A DNA stretch of 64,000 nucleotides from the human T2T-CHM13v2.0 reference genome, Homo sapiens. Within the stretch, counting starts at the first letter, position 1; every line of letters begins with the position of its first letter. The DNA lies in assembly GCF_009914755.1 (NCBI RefSeq), contig NC_060935.1. One strand, written 5' to 3'. The notes below the pieces were generated by a model. It made no database searches. It was not told the origin of the DNA and saw only the letters and a list, made by a program, of their open reading frames with translations. The translations under genes and the position numbers were made by a program. This document shows positions 1 through 15,490 of the stretch, one piece after another.

Positions 1-270
1 GTATACTATATTGTACAAAGAAAAATTATCTCCACTTCAAACCCCAGAGACAACGGCTGTTACCGAATTTTTGTGTCTTTCTTGTAACTTGAGGTAGCAC
101 CTGACCCAACCTCCATATTTCTCCCATTGTGGAATCTCCATGAAAGTATAGTTAGCAGATAATTTGCATAGTAGCAGATTTTGCATAGGTTGATTACCTT
201 TGTCTTAGAGAATGATAATAAGGCAGCTACTTAGAATAAGCTGATATGTTTTTGGGAAGTGGGATCAAAA

Positions 271-579
271 TTTTTCTTTTTCTTTTTTTTTTTTCTTTTT
301 TGATACAAGGTCTGTCTCGGCAGTGTTAACAATCTCAGCTCAGTGCAGCCTCCGCCTCCCACGCTCAAGCCATCCTCCCACCTCAGCCTCCTGAGTAGCT
401 GGGACTATAGGCATGCACTACTACACCCAGCTAATTTTTGTATTTTTTTTTTTTTTTTTTGTAGAGACAGGGTTTTTCCCTGTTGCCCAGGCTGGTCTCA
501 AACTTCTGAGCTCAAGTGATCTGCCTGCCTCGCCCTCCCAAAGTGCTGGGATTACAGGTGTGAGCTACTGTGCCCAGCC
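271..579 (-). mobile_element. Alu (J-like)
   Basis: Poly-T tail followed by antisense Alu dimer. Confidence 0.9.
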
Positions 580-1129
580 CCCAAATTTTTCTTTCCAAGA
601 GAAATACTGTATATTTCTCCATCTTCTTATCTAACTAGTCAGTTTTCTATAAGCAGGAGTGACAGCCTAGACCTGTACAGTTTCCTTTTGAGGACAAAAT
701 TTATTGGTTTGGTTTATGTGCTTTTGACCAAATAGGCTTGCCCCACTTGTCTGCTGCTTCTCCTTTTGCTCATTTGACCAAAAAGCTCCTGTTTCCCCAT
801 GCCCTGATTGTTGAGAATTCATGGCTTTGAGGACCCCTTTATAGGTCACCATATCCGTATTTCTGTCTTGCACATTGGGAGAGATGATTATCCCTGAAAC
901 TAACTTTCCTTATGTTTGTTTAGGCATTAGAGGTTATTAAAGCACATCCTGAGCCACTTTACCTAGTTGACTTTGGAGTTGAGGAAGAAGCACCAACTAT
1001 TTAGTGATTTGATGTTCCATGCATATACGAAAGTAAAAGGATATTTGATTGAATACCTATGTCTTGAATCACACACTGTTACTTTCCCTCTTAAGATTTC
1101 TGGTTTAGCTGGTCTGTCCCTCAGTGAGA

Positions 1130-1235
1130 GTCTCTGTCTCGTTCTCTCTCTCTCTCTCTGTCTCGCTCTGTCTCCTCTCTCTCTCTCCCTCTCCCTCTTT
1201 CTCTCTCTTTCTCTCACCCGTCTCCTCCTCTCTCT
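1130..1235. repeat. (TC)n / polypyrimidine low-complexity tract
   Basis: Seen directly; produces the spurious ERERER ORF. Confidence 0.9.
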
Positions 1236-1519
1236 TTGGAGTTTTTAGCCCTGGCTCTTAACCTGGTTACCCTCTGTTCTTTCCTTTAATTATGCTTATC
1301 TGGTTGTCATCTGGTTACTTAATATTAGGGATGCCCTCAACCAAGAAACTTTTTTTCTTCCCATCTCCTCCTTTGTTCAGGTAACTGTATCATCTTGCAT
1401 GGGAAATAATCCAGGCAATCAGAGATTACCCAAAATTTTGAAATTGTTTTAAACAACTGGTTTATATGTATTACTTCATCATATATAGATGGTGTGAGAT
1501 GTTTGTGGTTGTCTTGAGA

Positions 1520-1965
<446 letters not shown>

Positions 1966-2002
1966 TGTCTTTTTTTTTTTTTTTAAATTAAAAAAATTTT
2001 TT

Positions 2003-2297
2003 GGCTGGGTGCAGTGGCTTACATCTGTAATCCCAGCACTTTGGGAAGCTGAGGTGGGCGGATCGCTTGAGGTCAGGAGTTAGAGACCAGCCTGGCCAAC
2101 ATAGCAAAACCTCATCTCTACTAAAAAAAAAATATAAAAATTAGCCGGGCGTGGTGGTGGGTACTTGTAGTTCCATATACTCAGGAGGCCGAGGCAGGAG
2201 AATGGCTTGAACCCTGGAGGCGGAGGTTGCATTGAGATTGCACTATTGCATTCCAGCCTGGGCAACAGAGTGAGACTCCGTCTCAAAAAACAAAACA
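2003..2297 (+). mobile_element. Alu (S-like)
   Basis: GGCTGGGTGCAGTGGC...CTCCGTCTCAAAAAA. Confidence 0.9.
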
Positions 2298-3039
2298 ATT
2301 TTATTTTTGGTTTTGTTTTAAATGTACCTTTATTGTTTGACTTTGGGATCTGGGAGAGAGTATGTCTTTTAATGCCATTCTTCTTTCTTGAGTCTTCGGT
2401 GACACATGTTTACTTGTGGGAATATTTCACTTTTTAGTTCTTTTAAAGACCTTTTGCTATTCGCTTGCTCTTACTCAAACCAGAAGTTAAAGTGGCTTGC
2501 ATAAGTGTCAGAGGTAACCACTTGGATCCAGAGTTTCTGGTTCTCTCTCTGTTGTCAAGTGGTTTAGAATTATCTAGGGTCTTTAATGGTAGATTTAAGA
2601 CTTTGGAGTTCTTTTGGGATAGAATATGCAACCAGGTTTTGAAAATTTGGCATAGCTCTTTGTTCCTTGAAGGCCATCTAAGATGTTTTAAACATAATTG
2701 TGTTCTCCAATCTGCAGTGTACAGAGGGATATCCTACAATGTAGCAACTCGGGATTCCAGAGAAGATGGTGCTGGCAAGTGAGACAGTTCTTCCTTCTAG
2801 GTTCTAAGTCTGCAGTACAGGAGTTAGGACTGTGCCATTCCAGCCATCCTTATATTTAGATTCATGCTTTCAAAGAGCCTCTAATCTAGACTGAATAATG
2901 ATCTGAGCTGTCTGGTGAGCAGTAAAACTGGCCCAAATAATGTATTTTATAACCAGTGCCCTTTTAGCAAGAAAGTCAGTGGGTTGTTAGGGATAGGCCA
3001 CTACAGTGGTTCACAACAGGCCATAAGAGTCTATGAGGG

Positions 3040-3352
3040 TTTATTTATTTATTTATTTATTTATTTATTTTGAGATGGAGTCTTACTCTGTTGCCTAGGC
3101 TGGAGTGCAGTGGCGTGATCTTGGCTCGCTGCAACCTCCGCCTCCCAGGTTCAAGTGATTCTCGTGCCTTAGCCTCCTGAGTAGCTGGGATTAAGGCATG
3201 CGCCACCATACCTGCTTAATTTTTGTATTTTTAGTAGAGGTGGGGTTTTGCCATGTTGGCCAGGCTGGTCTCAAACTCCTGACCTCAGGTGATCTGCCTG
3301 CCTCAGCCTCCCAAAGTGCTGGGATTACAGGTGTGAGCCACCATGCCCAGCC
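3040..3352 (-). mobile_element. AluS with (TTTA)n tail
   Basis: TSD TATGAGGGTTT on both sides. Confidence 0.92.
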
Positions 3353-3561
3353 TATGAGGGTTTTTTTTTTTTTTTAAGACATGAATTCCCAGACTTCCCT
3401 GTAGAAACTGATGTAGAGGGGGGATTTAATTTTTTCAAAAAGCTCCCTAGGTGATTCTGATCATTCACGTTTGAGGATCACAAAACCTGAATATTTGAAT
3501 TAAGCTTACATGTATATGTTATTTCTCAGGTGGATGGTTATTTAGTTAAGGTGAGAAGTAG

Positions 3562-3710
3562 AGCCAGGCACGGTGGCCTGTGCCTTTGGTCTCAGCTACT
3601 TAGGAAGCTAAGGAGAGACTTGAGCCCAGGAGTTTGACACCAGCTTTGGCAATATAGGGAGACCCCGTCTCGAAAAAAAAAAAAAAACAACACACACACA
3701 CACACACACA
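3562..3710 (+). mobile_element. Alu monomer (FLAM-like) with A/(CA)n tail
   Basis: Single arm plus tail. Confidence 0.7.
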
Positions 3711-5562
3711 AAACAAGAGAAGTACAGAAGATGGTTTATTGTAGTAGACATGACGAGAAGGTCGTTAATTTGAAGTGAAGTGATTTACCTCTGTGTCCTG
3801 TATTGTTTTGGAATTAAAGATGTTACCTCTTGATTTGGGGGTTATGCCAACACTTAGCATGGTATGGAGGACTCGCCTATTGGGAGGAAGGGAAAACTTT
3901 AGACTGTATCTGTGGTTTTAAATTGTGGAACAAATTCAGGAGAGGATGTTAGCATTGAAATTTAGCTGGACAATTTGTTTAAAACTGGACAGGAAGGGCC
4001 AATGTTACTTCCTGTCTGAAAAGGAAGCGCTGGCTTCCTTCCCTTCCTCCTTGGTTAACTCTGGCCAACTTGGAATATGGGTGGGGGAGGGGCTGGTTAT
4101 GTTAGTAATCGTGTTACCACTAATGTTCGTGTATAGCCGCTTAAGGTTTACTCTTTTCCTTACTTGAAACATGTAGATGGGTGCTGTGTGTGCTCCTGTT
4201 TCCTTGTTCTTATATGGGAGCCCTGTACTAGGTTTGAGTTTAGTCTGGGAAGCCTAATCTCTCAGACGTTACTTTTACATTCAACCTTATATACACCTCC
4301 CTTGTATTTTCTGACATTTGAAAATACACCAAAGAGTTGGAGGGAAGAAACTGAAACTCATTTGACACGGAGCGGGGTAAGTTGTGGAAAGGAGAACATA
4401 ATTGGGCAGAGGGGAGTGGATGACAGAGGTTTCTTATTTTTGAATTGAGCCAAGAAAGCATTCCTTCTAAGTGGGGCCAGTTGGCACTGTTACTGCTATT
4501 TTAGTTCAGGCTTCTCCTTCCTACTGACCAGTCAATTGTATTAAGTGTTTGATGTGAGTTTGAACTGAGGTCTCAGGAGGGGAGGGAGCGAGGGAGGGTG
4601 GTGGTGGAAACAGCTGGTGCCTTCATCAAGCTATCTCAATTACTCTTCAGAGTGTTTGGGGGTGGGGGTTGGTGGCACAGGAATTAGATGTGTGTTAGCA
4701 GAGTCTCAGCAACTCTTATGTAGTGGGTTTGAATTCTCAGGCACTCTTAATGCTATGTGGGATGTTGGCTAGTTGGAATGTAGCTAAACCTTTCCCAGTC
4801 ACATTCTTCTGCCTCGCCTCCCTGTAATTCTTTCAGCATTGGGCCTGCTTTGGAGAGAGAGGGGTGTGGGAAGTTAGACAGCAAAACAGATTCATCCTTC
4901 CTACCCATTGAGTATTCAGCTTAGGTCTTGGGCCCTCCAGAGGCTTTCTTCATATCCATTCATTATTCCTTTAGTTGGGCTTTCTAAATATGTCTGCAAA
5001 GAGTCTGAGATACAATTAGAACTGGGACCTCTGGTGAAGTTAAGTTGAATTGTAATCAGTTGGCTATACTTGTCGTCTTCCCTCCCTCACACCCCAGGAT
5101 TACTGTATTTCTGAGTCAGCACTCCTTTTCTATCTCACCTGCTCAATTTGATGCAGAGAACTTGCCAAGCATCCTTTTGGATTAGCAGCATTGATGTGGG
5201 TGTGTTCAGTTCTCTGTCTGGGGTGTGTCTTTTACAACTTTTTTTTTGGTATCTCAGAAAACTCTCCCCTACTAAAAGCTACTATTTTTATCTACTTTAG
5301 TATATCTACTTCACACCGTGGTACTTAATTAACTCATTTATTTGGTCTGGGCTATGCATAAGGAAGAATTGGATAAGAATACTAACAGTCATAACTAATT
5401 GTTCAGTATTCTTGAGAGATAAAGGGAGTTAGTCTGATACCATGCCAAGTAAGAGACTGTTAACTTTTTTTGTGTATGCTTCAGTGATAGAGTTTGCAAT
5501 GGCTGGGCTCTGCTGCTGAAGTTCCATAGTGTTGCTAAATATTCTTTTCTATTCAACCCTAG

Positions 5563-5916
<354 letters not shown>

Positions 5917-8396
5917 TAAATCCTTCTAAGTTGTCTGTTTAGACTTAGTTCCTTTGTATCATGTGCTGCTTTAGACCAGGGTTCGGCCCATACTACTTCT
6001 AGCAGATCTAAGAAGATGAAAGGAATCTAGGAAAAATAAAGGGAGAAGACAAGACAAGAAGTGATAGCATATTACCAGTTAGTTCCTGGTGTGCCCCTCT
6101 GGTTGGAGGACTCTGCTGAGCATCTTGCTCATTTTATGCAAAGGGAATTGAGCCCTTTGGGCAAAGGGTGTTGCTTCTTTGGATTTCAAGAATCTCTAGC
6201 TAATAGAGCTTAACCTCTGTTTGCATTTTTGCTTCTGTGATTTAGGGCTAATTTCCAATGGGTTGTACAAGATAATAGAAAAATGTATCATTTATCTCAT
6301 TCTTGCAGTTAGTGGAGGACCTTTATTAGGAGAGGAGGCTTTCTTTTCTGACTAGGCTCCAAATTTACAGCCCCTGACCCACTTCAGGGGGTTGTGAGCA
6401 GGAAAAGCTGATGTTGCTGTCTTGACCTCTTTGCCGCCAGGATTTGGCTTCTGTGCAATTCCTAGTGGTTGTCCTCTCATTCTCTAGGGAAACGGGGAAC
6501 TTTGCTCCCAGCACCTGATTAAACTGCCTCTTTGTAGGGTGGAGTCCGCTGCCTTTGTTTGTTCTCTGTGGAGCCTGTCTTAGTAATCAACTCTATGCTT
6601 GTAGGGAGAAAGTTTGAAAGGCTGAAAACAGAGGTGGATGATAGGGAAGGTGAAGTTCCTAAAGTAGTTCTCCAAATGGGAATATTCCATTGACTGAATC
6701 CAGATTGGTAATCAAATTGCCATAATGGGATGTGTCACATGTAGCTGAGCTGAATTAACAGCATCAGTAGCTTTAAAATCCCTAATGCAGTGCCTCCAAA
6801 GTGAAGAAACTTGCCAGGTAGGAATCTTAAAAATTCCCTCACCCCCTCCAAACTTTTAGATCCACACACAGTCTTTCTGCTGATTCTTAAAGGCCTGAGC
6901 TTTGTCCTACGTAGTGTTGGCTTGGGGCAGAGAGGAGGGTTGTTTTCCCTGAACATGATAAGGAGCTGAGCAGGGCAAAGTGGGGGCTCTGGCCCGTGAT
7001 TGGTAGACAGGATGCCCTGGAATGCAGTTGGCCTGCAGCCCAGAATCCAGCACTTTGTATTTGTTTGTTTCTGGGAGACTGTGGTCTGGTGCTACTGTGA
7101 CAGGAAGTGAGAAAGCTGGGAGTGGGGGAACAGAGAGGGTCGATGTCTTTGTGGTTCTCCTGTGAAATCTCTTTGTCCCTGGAGAGCAGCTCTGCTACAG
7201 AGCTCTGCTGAGAAGAGAGCAGCCTTTGTGTGTCTAATGGGTCTCGGAGCATCTAGCTACTCCGAGGGATTAGAGAGTGTGAATTCTGACTGTGGCCTTT
7301 TGCGTTTTAGCACTTAAGTTATATAAATGGTCCTGATCTCTTAGCACTGGGAAGCTTACTGAGTTTTGTGTGTGCTGCTATTCTTTGTGGATCTCTAGGA
7401 TTTAATTAAGAAAGGAATTCTAGAAGGAAATAGATGTTAAGTAATGTTCATTTGCTGTATATGTTGCAGGTACCTTGTTGGGTTTAAAAGGGACAGAAGG
7501 AAACAGGTAATGCTGAGGTCCTTTACATTTTATATCTCATCCTTCCAATTGGCACCCTACTGCATACAGATCAGGAGAAACCTACCCGCTTAGTATTAAG
7601 AGTTACTAGCAATTCTCTAATGTTTGATCATAACTAGAGAATGGTTGGTAGTTTCCTGGGATTTTTCTTCCCTATGTCTAGACTGAAATAGCACCTGTAA
7701 TACCCTCTCTCTTTTCTGCCCTCTTTTCTCTCTTGTTTTGTGTTTTCCCTGCCTTCCATTCCAGCTGTGAAACAGGCATCTTTTCTCACTTTGTGGATTG
7801 GATGGCTGAGTCCTTAACTTTGAGCCAAGCTGGCTGGTTCCTGAGCACACACACAAACCCGCCTTTGATTGTCCAGGAGGACAGCTGCCCTAGAGGCAGA
7901 TTGCTAACATACCACTAGAACAATCCTTCTTCTCTGTTCTTATGCTGGCTAGCACAATCTTTACTGCCTCTAGTTCCTTCTGTTTCCCACCCCATCTCTG
8001 ATCTTTGCTTTTGGCTTAGTGAGATGTCACATTAAAAATGAGAGTAGGGATTGGATTTTTTTTCTTGTGGTAGGGTTGAGGGGGTGATCAGAGAATGTGA
8101 CATGTAGCCAGCTTTCTAGAGCAGGCTTGCCAGTGGTAAGGTAGGTAATTTTTACAGAGTAGTGCCTCTTTTGTTCTTAGCACCTTTCCTCCTGAGTACT
8201 AGGTTCTTATAAAAGGGAAGGTAAATCTGAAGTAGGCTGCAAGCTACTCTTCCCAAATTGAGTAAGGTTTTGTTCTTTAAAGTGAAGATAAGACCCAAAA
8301 GTCTAGCTGGCTCCATTCCACCTTCTCTTGCCTCCTTCCCCTCTCCGTAAAAAAAATGTCAACTTTGGGTTAACTTCTTAATTGGAACTAGAATGA

Positions 8397-8700
8397 CTTT
8401 TTTTTTTTTTTTTTTTGGAGACAGGGTCTTACTCTGTCACTGAGGCTGGAGTACAGTGGCACAATCTTGGCTGACTGCAGCCTGGAACCACCAGGCTCAA
8501 GTGATCCTCCCACCTCAGCCTCCCGAGTAGCTGGAACTACAGGCACATGCCACCACCCCCAGCTAATTTTTTGTATTTTTTGTAGAGATGGTGTCTTGCC
8601 ATTTTGCCCAGGCTGGTCTCAAACTCCTGAGCTCAAGCAGTCTGCCTGCCTCAGCCTCCCAAAGTGCTGGGATTACAGGCTTGAACCACCTCTCCTGGCC
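8397..8700 (-). mobile_element. AluJ
   Basis: TSD AGAATGACTTTT. Confidence 0.92.
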
Positions 8701-9252
8701 CGAAGAATGACTTTTAACCCCAGGAAACATAGAAAATTCATACTCTTTCCACTTTATCAAGAAGGAGCATGGACTTGGAATAAAATAGGAGTTTTCACTA
8801 CTTACTACTAGTTGATGAGCTTGGGCAAGATACTAAATACTTCTGGTATATAGGTAGTATACTTATTTATAAAAAGAGGCCATTACCTCAGCAGGTGTTG
8901 AAAGGATTATATGATAACTTCAAGGGGAAGAGCAATAATGCACAACTTTCTTCCCCTTCAAGATGGGATTTTCTTCTTTCAGATAAGGAGAAACATTTCC
9001 TCCTGCTATCTGTCCTAAAGCCAAGAAAGGACCTTAACACTTCTGATTGATTTATTTATAGATTGACATGCTCTGTCTCCCTGTTGCTTATCTCAAAAGG
9101 AAGACATACTCCAAACTTGATGAAAAGAATGCCTTATTGGTCTTTTCAGGGTTTTGAGGAATTGGGACTGTGTAAATCTGGCTCAATTACATGCTTCCAC
9201 CTTTTCCAAGTTATTTTCAAATGATGGGCAAAGAGGTGGGGGAATGCCATAG

Positions 9253-9582
<330 letters not shown>

Positions 9583-10709
9583 GAGAAGCTGCTATTTTAA
9601 AAAAGGAATGTGAGCTCAAACAGTTGGGTGACCCCTAGTAAACTCTAAGGTTAAGCTTTTCCATGAATATTTTTTTTTTCCGAGTCTAGGGTATGGAAGG
9701 ATATAAGGTGTCTTAGTTAATTTTAGGATTTCTCTTTTATGACATGAGACCTAAACAATACCTTTGCATTTCAATGAGGCTTTTTCTTATTTTTCATAGT
9801 GTACCTGATCTCTCTCCTCTTGTAGGAAGGAGAAAGGCATTTGGCCTCTCCCCTTCCTTTAGTCTAACACCTTCCTCTGTTTTTTTGCCCCTCCCTCTTA
9901 TCTTTGTTTCCTTATCGGCCTCTCCCTAAAGCCCTGCTTTCTCCTTTTAAGGCTAGGTGAGGTGTCTTTGGCAAGGTTGCACAGGGATCCAGGTAAGTAA
10001 CTCAGTCTCTTCTCAGGATTAGAGAAAACTCAGTGTGAACTGTCCCAGTGGAGGGCCTTGGAGAGGCACATGGATAATGGGGGAGGAGAAGGAGGCGGCC
10101 TGGCCTGAGAGATCAGGACTTGTTAGACCAGTCCTGTGTGTGCGTCATGCATGCTCCACAGAGAAGCAGGTTTTTTTCTTTCTGTACCCTTTCAGTCCTG
10201 GGCCCCCTCACTAGCTGAGAGCCACACCCTTCCTTGGCTTCAAAGCCAGCCCAGCACTAAGCCATTTTAGTATGTTATGGTTTAGAGGGGGTTCTCAGAA
10301 TACTTGGGAGGGGAAAAGAGAGAAAAAGAAGAATGTTTTATTTGGTCTCAGAATTTAGGAGGTCATGATGGTGGAGGTGATTTTTTTTTTTTTAAGTTGC
10401 AGTAAAAACTTTAAATATTGACAGGTAGCTTTGGGTAAGGATTATAAGACTAAAGGGAGTTTAAGGTACCCTGTTGATGTATAGAGGTTGCCAGCTCAAA
10501 TTCCTTTTAACAAGGAGTATTATCTTGTTTATATCTTTGTTTTTTAAAAAATTCTTTTCTCTGACGTTCCAATCAGAGAGAATGTATCACTCTTTCCTAA
10601 GAGGAGGGTGGTCTGCCCAGAGCCTTCCTTAATTCATCAGAGAGATTCCTGGTGGACACCTAGTTTTTCCTCATGAAAATAAGACTTCTTTGGTCAGCCT
10701 TTTACCCTC

Positions 10710-11089
10710 TTTTAAAATAAAATCCTTAACTAAATTAAATTTAACAGTGTTTAATTGAACAAAGAACAGTTCACTAATTGGGGAGCCTTCTGAGCCACAG
10801 TAGGCTCAGAGACTCCAGTGCAGACGTGGTAGAAGATTTATGGACAGAAAAAGGAAAGTGATGAACAAAAAATGGAAGTGAGGTACAGAAACAGCTGGAT
10901 TGGTTATGGCTCAGCTGGAACAGTTGGCCCCCTTTGAGTGGCCAAAACTCAGTGATTGGCACAAGAGTAGGTTACAGTCTATTTCTACCACCATTTAGGT
11001 TATAGTTCATTATGTACAGATAAATCTTTAGGCCAAACTTAAAAGATGTAAGGAGGCATAAACTTGCCTAGGCTAAACTTGATTTAACA
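10710..11089 (-). mobile_element. ERV1 solo LTR, MER57-like
   Basis: Minus strand begins TGTTAAATCAAGTTTAGCC...TGCCTCCTTACATCTTTTAAGTTTGGCCTAAAG; two CCAAT boxes; ~380 bp. Confidence 0.75.
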
Positions 11090-11264
11090 CTTCTAAATGG
11101 AGAAGTTGGGCCTAGCAGGAAGCAGATCCATGAGGAAGCATAGAAAGAGTGAACACTAGGAGAAGGCCATATCCAGAATAATACAGGTTTTGTGACTTGA
11201 GTAGTGCTCAGTTGAGATTGTGAAGTGAGCACAGTCCTTTTAATCTTAACGCAAATCAGCTTCA

Positions 11265-12145
<881 letters not shown>

Positions 12146-12257
12146 TTAGGTATCTGAAGGGCCCCTTTCTGGCTTGAATGTTATGTAATACAGTTCTGTA
12201 GTGTTACAGGTGCTATATTTTGTTGATTAGTATTCTGCAGTAGGAGGCTTGGTATGC

Positions 12258-12568
12258 TATTTATTTATTTATTTACGTATTTATTTTTGAGACAGGGTCT
12301 TACTCTGTCGCCCAGGTGGCAATGTAGTGATTGTGGCTCACTGTGGTCTGGACCTCCTAGACTCAAGCAATTCTCCCACCTCAGCCTCCTGAGTAGCTGG
12401 GACTACAGTGTGCACCACCATGCCCAGCTAATTTTTGTAATTTTTTTGTAGAGGTGGGGTTTTGCCATGTTGCCCAGGCTGATCTTTAAACTCCTGGGCT
12501 CAAGTGATCTGCCCACCTTGGCCTCCCAAAGTGCTGGGATTACAGGTGTGAGCCACTTTGCCCAGCCC
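12258..12568 (-). mobile_element. AluJ
   Basis: Antisense Alu dimer. Confidence 0.9.
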
Positions 12569-12607
12569 AGTGTGCTTTTGAAAAAAGCCCTTTGCATTCC
12601 CTAGAAT

Positions 12608-12773
12608 GGCTGGGCACAGTGGCTCATGCCAGTAATCCCTGCACTTTGGGAGGCCAAGGCAAGAGGATTGCTTGAGCCCACGAGGTCCATGCTGTAGTGA
12701 GCTGTGATCACACCACTGCACTCTAGCCAGGGCGACAAGAGCTAGATCCTGTCTCAAAAAAAAAAAAAAAAAA
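12608..12773 (+). mobile_element. Alu monomer (FRAM/FAM-like)
   Basis: Single arm plus A tail; TSD ATTCCCTAGAA. Confidence 0.8.
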
Positions 12774-12848
12774 TTCCCTAGAACGACATGGAAATGGAGT
12801 TTTGCCTGTCATTGTTTTTAGATGGAGAGCATAAATTTGTGACACTCG

Positions 12849-13151
12849 TTTTGTTGTTGTTGTTTTTGAGACAGAGTCTTACTCTGTCATCCAGGCTGGA
12901 GTGCAGTGGCACAATCTCGGCACACTGAAACTTTTGTCTCTTGAGTTCAAGTGATTCTCCTGCCTCAGCCTCCTGAATAGCTGGGATTACAGGTGTGTGC
13001 CAACATGCCCGGCTAATTTTTTTGTATTTTAAGTAGAGATGGGGTTTCACCATGTTGACCAGGCTGGTTTCGAACTCCTGAACTCAAGTGATCCTCCCAT
13101 CTCAGCCTCCTAAAGTGCTGTGATTACAGGCATGAGCCGTGGTGCCCGGCC
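12849..13151 (-). mobile_element. AluS
   Basis: Antisense Alu dimer. Confidence 0.9.
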
Positions 13152-13574
13152 ATGACATTGGTTTTGATTTTATAATGAATAAATAGGAAGAAAGGAGGAG
13201 AGCTGCCTTTGAGACTGGCTCTGAAGACAAAATTATTTTTGCAAAAACCCAAAGATTGGTGAACTTCAGAGTTCACATAGGCTATGGTTTTATATATATT
13301 AGCTCATTAAAACTAAACCATGAAGAGTAATAGAAATGGAAGCTTACAGGGGTTATAACTTTTCCAAGGTCTCCTAGCTAGTTTTTGGAGGAGCCAAGAC
13401 TTGGACCCCCAGTCTTTTGACCCCTAATCTGGAGTTTTATTTTGTTTTTCCCTCTAAAAGTGAATAATTCCTGTAGTTTTCAGGTCTGCTGCAAATGAAA
13501 GAGGGGAGCCTGGGGAGGCTGGTTTACAAACTTCAAAAACTCCACCAACCACACCCAAGCTCTAGTCCCTGTAG

Positions 13575-13800
13575 TAGTAACAATATTACTGGCTTTCTGT
13601 GCGTCAAGACATTTTTCTAAGCACTTTACATGAAATGCCTCATTTAATCTTCACAACCACCCTGTGTATTTTTATTCCTCCATTTTACAAAAAAGGAAGC
13701 TGCAGTTTCGAGTGGTTGATACTTTGCCCAAAGTCATATAGCTAATAAGGATAGATCTTATACTTAAACCCAGGCAGATAACAAAGCCTATACACTTAAC
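13575..13800 (-). mobile_element. MIR SINE
   Basis: CTAAGCACTTTACATG..CATTTAATCTTCACAACCACCCTG..CATTTTACA..TTTGCCCAAAGTCA. Confidence 0.75.
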
Positions 13801-13884
13801 CTCTTAAGAATCATAATTCCAAATTGTATTTCTTTAGTCAGTTTACAGTAGAAGAAATCATTCCAGGGACTGTGCTATTGGTAG

Positions 13885-14192
<308 letters not shown>

Positions 14193-14596
14193 GGTAAGTG
14201 ATTTTTTTGTTTTTTGGACCTCCTATCTGGTTAGCACTGTCTAGTTGTTTGGTCCTTCTGGGTATTTGATTTAATTTAACTTCTTTTGGTTGGGAGTTCT
14301 TACAGACGAGACTGAGTTTTTATCATTATCATTGCTTGGATGAAGGATCTTTACTATGGACTATGGACTCTGGGTAATAGCAGGAATATCTTTCTAGTGT
14401 GGGTGGGATCCAGTAATGTAGGACTTAATGGCTTATTGAGAGTAAAACTAGGTATTCTCAGAAAATCTAGTCTTAAGGGGGAATAACAAGTTTCACTTTA
14501 TGTTTCCTCAACCCCCTGACTTCAGGAATTCTTTGATTTTTTTTTTTTTTTTTGGTGAGAGGAAATGTAGTCTATTTAAAAATCTAAGTAAGTGGA

Positions 14597-14899
<303 letters not shown>

Positions 14900-15309
14900 T
14901 GTAAGTGGCAAAGCTGGAAAGGCATTGGGCTGGACTTGTAATTACGACTCCTGACTGTCTGCCAAAGTCAGCTGAAGGTTTGTAGTGTGATCTTTTTGAT
15001 GCATATGGCATGAGAAGAATCTTTTTTCCTTAAGTCTCCAAGCGATGAGACCATTTACTGTAGCCTGCCTAACAGCTTCATTCTTTCCCCACTCATACAT
15101 TCCTTTTCCTCCCATTTTTTTTCTGTTTTCTCACTTCTATGTAGATATTATGGGTAACTCTTGAGCCTAAAAAAACAAAGTAGAACCCTTTTCTTTCCCT
15201 GTTTTCCTGTGATAGTTGAGAAGAAAGCTCTCAAAGGTTGTAGAGGAGAGGCTCTGGACCATCCATCTGGTACTGACTGCACTTCTATTTGGACTTGACA
15301 CCATGGCAT

Positions 15310-15490
15310 AGAAAGAGAACACAGGCTTTGGAATGGCATAGACCTGGGTTTAAATTCAAAATTTGCTATTAACTGTGAGACCTTGGGTAGTTTCTTCACC
15401 CATGAGTCTTATTTGCAATAAAACTTCCTTAGGGTTGTTGTAAGGATTGCCAAGATAGTAAATGTAAAACATTCAGTAATCATTAGTTTC
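15310..15490 (+). mobile_element. MIR SINE
   Basis: AGACCTGGGTTTAAATTC..TATTAACTGTGAGACCTTGGG..AGGGTTGTTGTAAGGATT. Confidence 0.7.

Noticed and set aside
963-1248. ERERER / SLSLSL ORFs
   Set aside because: Produced by the (TC)n microsatellite.
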